Shown: positions 57,979 through 64,000 of the stretch, piece by piece
How the letters are laid out: each line of letters starts with the position of its first letter
Numbering within the stretch: the first letter of the stretch is position 1
From: Takakia lepidozioides
Taxonomy: Eukaryota > Plantae > Bryophyta
Reading direction: 5' to 3'
Length of the DNA: 64,000 bases
Assembly: GCA_030704615.1 (NCBI GenBank)
Contig: CM060734.1
Location: 60,202,001 to 60,266,000, forward strand
Notes under the pieces: generated by a model
Database searches by the model: none
The model's input: only the letters and a program-made list of their open reading frames with translations
What the model was told of the DNA's origin: nothing
Made by a program: the position numbers and the translations under genes

Positions 57979-60900
57979 CTACTTTAGCATGGAGTTGCTC
58001 AGTATAAGGCCCTCCCCCGTGACCTCCCTGGCTAACCATTCTCGAACCTTACAGCCCGGAGCCTCCAGCTCTAGGCCATCTTTTATCAACACAAAAGGGG
58101 CACCTAAGTCAGTTAAATGTGCGGACACGGCCTCCCTAGCACCCAGATTCTCTCTAATCCGCATCTGCCAGTCCCATGCTTGCAAGATCTTCAGCTGGGT
58201 AGGTATGTCCTCACCACAAATCATGGCTCTGCGAATACCAGCAAGCCATGTCAGCAAGAGCACTTGGGCAGCCCCAGATGACGCAAACCGCAAATCCAAA
58301 GACCACACGTCTTCGTTCCACAGGCATACTTCAAGCCCAAAAACTCCTTGTGCAACGCTCAATTCAGCTACTTTGAGTGCTCGTGTCTCACACCCAACAC
58401 TCCACAGGGCGTCCAGCAACGCATTATGGAATATCCTTTCCAGCTCCAAGTTTAGGCCTTCTCTCTCCATCAGGGTAAACAGGGCCCCTAGATTCTGCCA
58501 TCTACACTCATCCTCTTGGTCACTCAGGGCAACATTTTCTTCTCGCAATAGATTGCAAACATCCATCGAACAACCAAGTCTTTGGAGAGTGTCAACCAGT
58601 TTGCCCGCCTCTGGCCCCTTCCCACACCTTGCGAGGACTACAAGCAAAGCGCTGTAAATTCCATATTTTGGTGAAAAGTCGGCATTCTCTAGGTCCTCAA
58701 TCAATCCCCAAAGTTTTTTGTTCACCGATCCTTCCTGAGCACAAGCTTCGATCAAAATAGAGAAAGTACTTTGGTTCGGCTTGAGACTCCGATGCTGCAA
58801 CGTGTCGTACACTTCAAAAGCTGACTTGAGATCACTCATCCTGATGTACAGTCGTAGAAGAGCGTTATAGCCACCAGTTCCAACAACCAAATTCTCCAGA
58901 TGTAGCTTGCTGACGAGGGCTTCTCCTTTTGCATGTTGGCGACACAAGCTGTAGCCCTCGAGAAGGAAGGAGAAGGATTGTGCATTGGGGATTATTTTCT
59001 TCGCCTTCATTCTCTCCAGTACTTTTTCAGCTTCCTTCCACTGGCCTTTCCTCCCATATCCTGTACCCCAGTCCAACCGATCGTGGATATATACTCTGAT
59101 TTTTTTCTCTCAATCCTTTTTTGATCTTCAAATGCCAGACCAAAATCTTACAATCGAAAAATACACTCACAATCTAGGCAGGCAAAGATATGTGAGCAAT
59201 TGGGGACCAGGGAGGCACTCTCTCTCTCCCTCTCTCTGTCAAGGTAAGTCACACTATTGAAGTGAGCCCCTCACAAAGGTAGTTTCTGCTCCCTTTTGTT
59301 CTGCCCAAACTGGGTGCGGGGTCTATGGCCACAAGACAGCAAACATCGTCTTATGAATACATTCTCTCTTACCAGGGTCTACAGAAAACATCGTCTGCTG
59401 AGCACAATCTCTCCCCGCACAAACTGGGCATGGGTCTGTGGCCACAAAGTTAGGGCAAACATCTGATGAGCACAATCTGTGCCTCTTGTGGATTCATCCG
59501 TTTTCTGTCTTCTCCCTTCGGGCTTTTGGTGGACCTCCTACAATTTCTTTCAGTTTTCTTCCTTTGTTGTCCTGAACTTAGCATGCCATCATTCTTCAGA
59601 GAAACTCTTCTGCAAGGGGTGGTTAAACAATATTACATTTTTCCTCACGCTTTTGCAGAAGTTACAGTAGCTCTGAGCATGGAATTTAAATATTGGACTT
59701 TGACATGGTGTGGTTTCTCCTGTGGGTACACATCTACGTCAGCTTATGGTAGGCTGGTTGGTGCCAGGGTCCCTTACAAATTGCAGATGAGCACAATAAA
59801 CAAAACAATAAAATCAGTTGGGAATAACAGAGGTGCTCTTGCCTACCAAGAATAAGCCAGTTATAGCATGCCAGCGAGATGGCCACACCCCGAGCCTCTG
59901 TTTCAATTAACAATTTCTCTGCCTCTTCAATGCAGTGCATATTGCAGCATGCCGCAAATGCTGAGCTCAACAAAGTCTCATCAATCTCCTCCCCGAGGAA
60001 CTTGGATGATTCGCGGTAGACCTTCAAGCATTCATCCACAAGCCCTTTCTTTGCATGTGTGTCCATCAAAAGCTTCAGAGTTGTTGAGTTGGGCTGTGAA
60101 TCACAGAGAGGAGTCAAATACACATCTTTGCCCGAGAGAGGTTGAAAACGAAAAGTGACTGTGTAATGTGAACGGGGGATTTGTAGCCCTTTTGCAGAGA
60201 AATGACACCATAAATTACACTTCCTTCAGGAGGAGTGAACCCTTTTTTTGCATGGGGGGGTCAGATTGTAACACTGATCAGCAGGTATATTGAATATGAT
60301 AGGACTTCTAATCAACAAATCCATTAATCAAACTATTTGGAGTTCAAACACTTACTTGGACATTGGAGTCCACCATATCTGCAAAAATTTTGAGAGCTTC
60401 CTGGACACTCCCTCGCCCAAATACAAGTATAAGAGAGTTGTAAGTCTCAATGGTGGGGGCATAACCGGCTTGTTTCATCTCCTCTAGAACTTGCCAGGCA
60501 TCCTCATACTGGCCCCCCCTTCCAAACATGAAAAGGAGAGTGTTGTAGAAGACAAGGTCAGGTTTGTTACCATTCTGGTGAAACAGTTCCAGAACTTCCT
60601 TCACCTGTGAAAACAACCCAGCTCAATGTGAATTATCAATACATTATGGATATACATACACTTTCAGGAACTATTTCATTATTTGGGAGTGGAAAAAAAG
60701 CATACGCTAGTATGATACTTTGTCAAGTTAACTTTCTCCTGTTCAGCTTTAATGAGGGGAGTTGAGACGTGAGGTTGTGGATCCTGGAGAGAAAGAGAAA
60801 TAGTCACAGAGATGTACTCATTACACATTGCTTGCCTTAGCACTGCAGTATAAACCTTGCACATGGTTTGGATGGAGAAGAACGAGATAGAGAAATGAAA

Positions 60901-63783
60901 AGAAATGAAATGATACTTTATAACGTCCACAAAAGCTCAAAAGAACAAGAGAAAGCATGAAACAAGAAAGAGAGAAGAGTCCTCCACAAACAGCCCAAAA
61001 ACAAGGGGACAGGGAGTTCTGTACAAATCAGACTGATTGCCGCCTACAATTTCAATGGAGCCAATAGTAGGGTTAGGAACGAAAGAGGGACAAGGGATGG
61101 AAATTTGAGGGGCAAGAGAGAGAGAGGATGCACCCCATCAAAGTGGTAGGCACGGCCATAAGCATTGACAAGTGCGTTGAATGTTTTAACATCTGGTTGC
61201 ACGTCAGCCTTCTTCATCTCCGAGAACCAGTTGGTGACATCACTTACACGCCCTGCTTTTCCGTAAACGTCCAGGAGCGTATTGTAAGTAACTAAGTCAA
61301 AGGCAAGCCCGCCATGGCCAGGTCGTGTACCTTCAGACCGAAGAGTCTTGACAATAAGCTCAACTTCTGGAAAAAGCCCGGCTTTGCCATATACACTGAG
61401 AAGAGAGTTGTAGACTGTTATATCGGGCTGGAGTCCTAGTCTCTCCATCTCCAGTAGCACTAAGTCCACTTCTCCCCACTCTCTCGCTCTCCCAAATGCA
61501 TTTATGAGGATGGAGCAGGTGGTTAGATCTGGGGCTACTCGAGCCTGATATACAGAAAAAATATTATAGGAGTTAGCACCTATACAACTCCAAAAACACC
61601 TAGCGTACGTATATCATAAACCTCCAAAGGGACCCAAGGCCTTTTAAGCAGACTAGAACACAGGACGCTACATCAAAAGATTACAAACATAGTGCCGTGT
61701 GACAATGAAAGAGAGAGAGAGAGACGTGCCTTCCGCATGAGAGCGTGGTAACGACCAACATCGCGGGTGCGGCCGACACGGCTGAGCGAGTTGAGCACCA
61801 GGTTGAATGACACAGCATCCTGTTCTACACCCTGTTCCGCCATGTGGCGGTGCGCATCCAGCATCCCATTTACATCTCCTGGCCCCCCAAAGAATGTGCC
61901 CATAAGACGACGCTTGTCGTAGCCTTGTGGCCATAGACCTCCCGGAACAAGAGGGAACAAAACTACCTTTGTGAGGGGCTCTCTCCAGTAGTGGGACTTA
62001 CCTTGATATAAACAATTAGTTCAGGTTTCAAGATTTCCTCCAGAAAGCCCTTCCCACAAGCATCAATGCACTGTGTGTGAGCTGCCCAGCAATTAGACTC
62101 CAACAGGAACAGGGCTTTAGGCTCAGCCTTGAGATTTTGAAAGACAGCAAACAGAGGTGCAGGGACTATGTTCGTGATGGTCCTGAAGAAGGTCGCTCTC
62201 TGATGAGAATAACCCAGACATCGTATCAGAAAATAGATATTGTCTTCAGGCCGCCCGCACCTCGGGCATTGACAATCTCCATTTTCTCTCTGCATCTGTT
62301 TATTGTTCAAATGTCCCTGCCCTAAGCTTAAATTTCAGTCTAGTGCCGAGGTTAGTGGCCCCCCAAAGAGTGACAGTGAGAAAAGGAATAAAAAAGCTTG
62401 TGATGTCCACCTGGAGCCTGGAGGGCCCATGGGACAAACTAGAACACCAATAATAACATGAATACAGCACAAGTATCGCCCAAAGACATACAGAAAGAGA
62501 AACCGCGAGAAATCAGAATATCTAATGCGTAAAGGGTCCAAGGAGAAGGACGACAGAAACTTTGTGACCATTGTGATAAGCTCAAAGAATAAAAAGCAAG
62601 ACAGGAAACAGCTATGGTGGAAGGGCTATACCCAATTTACTGTAAGCGTTCAGTACCACAATGTAGGTGGCTTTATCAGGCATGCAGCCACGCTGATACA
62701 TTTCCTCAAAGATTTGAACAGCTTCTTTGTGGCGGCTCTTACGACTGTAGACGAGTATCAAGGTGGTGTAAGTGACTCTGTCAGGGTTGACGTCATCCCG
62801 CCTCATCTGTTCCAGCAGCGCTGCTGCTATCTCCCAACCTATGAACCAAATCATAAACAAAATATTGTCAAGCCATGAGATCCTGAGAGAGACAACAGTT
62901 GCTATCACACAAATGCCGTATTTGCATTAGCCCTGCAAAAATAACCATTCCATTTGTGCTTCAAATGGAATCCAAAACCTCTCATTGCCATCTGCCTATC
63001 ATGATTTGCAAGGGTGACCTTCCTTAGTTGCTCTCAAACATGAAGGTGGAGAGCATACCAACTGATTGGGCGCAAGAGAAAGGTCTTAGTGGGATAGGCA
63101 ATATGTAAAAATGCTGGTGTTAGCTTAGGTCTTAGCTTGACACACCACTGCCGTAGGGTTTTCCATTGACAGCTCAACCTCATATTTTCTTTGCAAACCA
63201 GACAGAAAAGGTTTCTCATAGGCAATTTTGTGTTCAATTTGGCTATGGCAAATCCTAGAGAGCATACTGCCTGCGAAAATTCCAAAACTCCAGAGATGAT
63301 CTTGATCCCACTAGGCTACAGCTGGTGATACGTCAGTGAGAGGGGATCTTTGGGAAATTTAAGACCTGCAGTTGAGGGCAAAATGGTTTCTCCTGCATGG
63401 CCACAGAGCTTATTAACAAAGATGTTCATGAATCGGGGTATCGAAGAGTACAAGGATAGTAGAGCATGAGACAGAGACTAACCTTTTGAAGCCTTGGTAC
63501 AGCCATCAATGAGAACATTATAAGCAGTGACAGATGGACGAACCCCTACTTCTCTCATTCGCTCTAGCATTGCGATCCCCCTATGCAAGTTGCCGCTCCT
63601 GATATACGCAGAAACCATGGCTGCGTACTCGTACTGTCCCGGATACATACCCTCTTTCATCATACCTTCAAAAAGGGCTTCTGCAACATCCATCCTTCGA
63701 GCATTTCCAAGAAGAATAATCATGGTGTGGTAGATGGGCTCGTCTGGCTTTAAGCCTGTTACTCCATGCATCCAATCAAATAC
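57979..63783 (-). CDS. P-class PPR protein with C-terminal SMR-like domain; 5' part beyond the window
   Basis: Exons 63783-63483, 62838-62632, 61878-61730, 61544-61134, 60604-60356, 60093-59847, 59060-57979 splice into continuous 35-aa P repeats (e.g. LVTYNTLLDVYGKAG…MKKADVQPD). C-terminal NALLDALW…WSLDLRFASSGAAQVLLLTWL…LGAPF is typical of PPR-SMR proteins. Confidence 0.9.
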
Positions 63784-64000
63784 CTAATTGCCCCCATCAC
63801 ACAGCAATATATTACTCTCAATCTGTCTCTCTCACCATCTGTGTCTCTGCTATTAAACCCCTCCCAAGGAGTTAATGTCCACAAGGCTACAGCAAGCACT
63901 CTTGAAAACACAGTCTTTCTTTGAAAGACAGTTGCAGATTCCATGCACATGAGCAGCTGATATGGAGGTACAATTTAGAAAGATTCTATTACCAACATTC

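Noticed and set aside
20200-63783. Functional cluster of organellar gene-expression genes (PPR-DYW, RSM22, PPR-SMR)
   Set aside because: PPR genes are very numerous in such genomes and unrelated genes are interspersed; no evidence of co-regulation.

Overview
Eukaryotic nuclear DNA from a land plant, most likely a non-seed plant (bryophyte/lycophyte-like); the species cannot be read from the sequence. 1-6.9 kb: two head-to-head, rearranged copies of one Ty3/gypsy LTR-retrotransposon family with a conserved extra ORF upstream of gag; one copy is internally deleted, the other has a 3.4-kb internal inversion. 6.9-14.1 kb: a GC-rich Mutator-like (MULE) region with a Cys/His (GCM/WRKY-like)-DDE transposase pseudogene, about 16 copies of a 30-bp palindrome separated by spacers found in both orientations, a divergent accessory ORF region holding a PPR-DYW gene fragment, and G-rich ~283-bp repeats. 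This block is the best candidate for something undescribed. 14.9-37.6 kb: four intact host genes (PAS2/HACD, a PLS-E-DYW RNA-editing PPR, cyclase-associated protein, Rsm22/METTL17-like). 38-54 kb: degenerate intergenic DNA with a shattered GDSL lipase pseudogene, local direct and inverted duplications, MITEs and tRNA/SINE-like fragments. 54.8-64 kb: an intronless coiled-coil gene and a multi-exon P-class PPR-SMR-like gene running off the right edge. Exon boundaries and counts were read by eye and may be off by a few bases; no database search was run.
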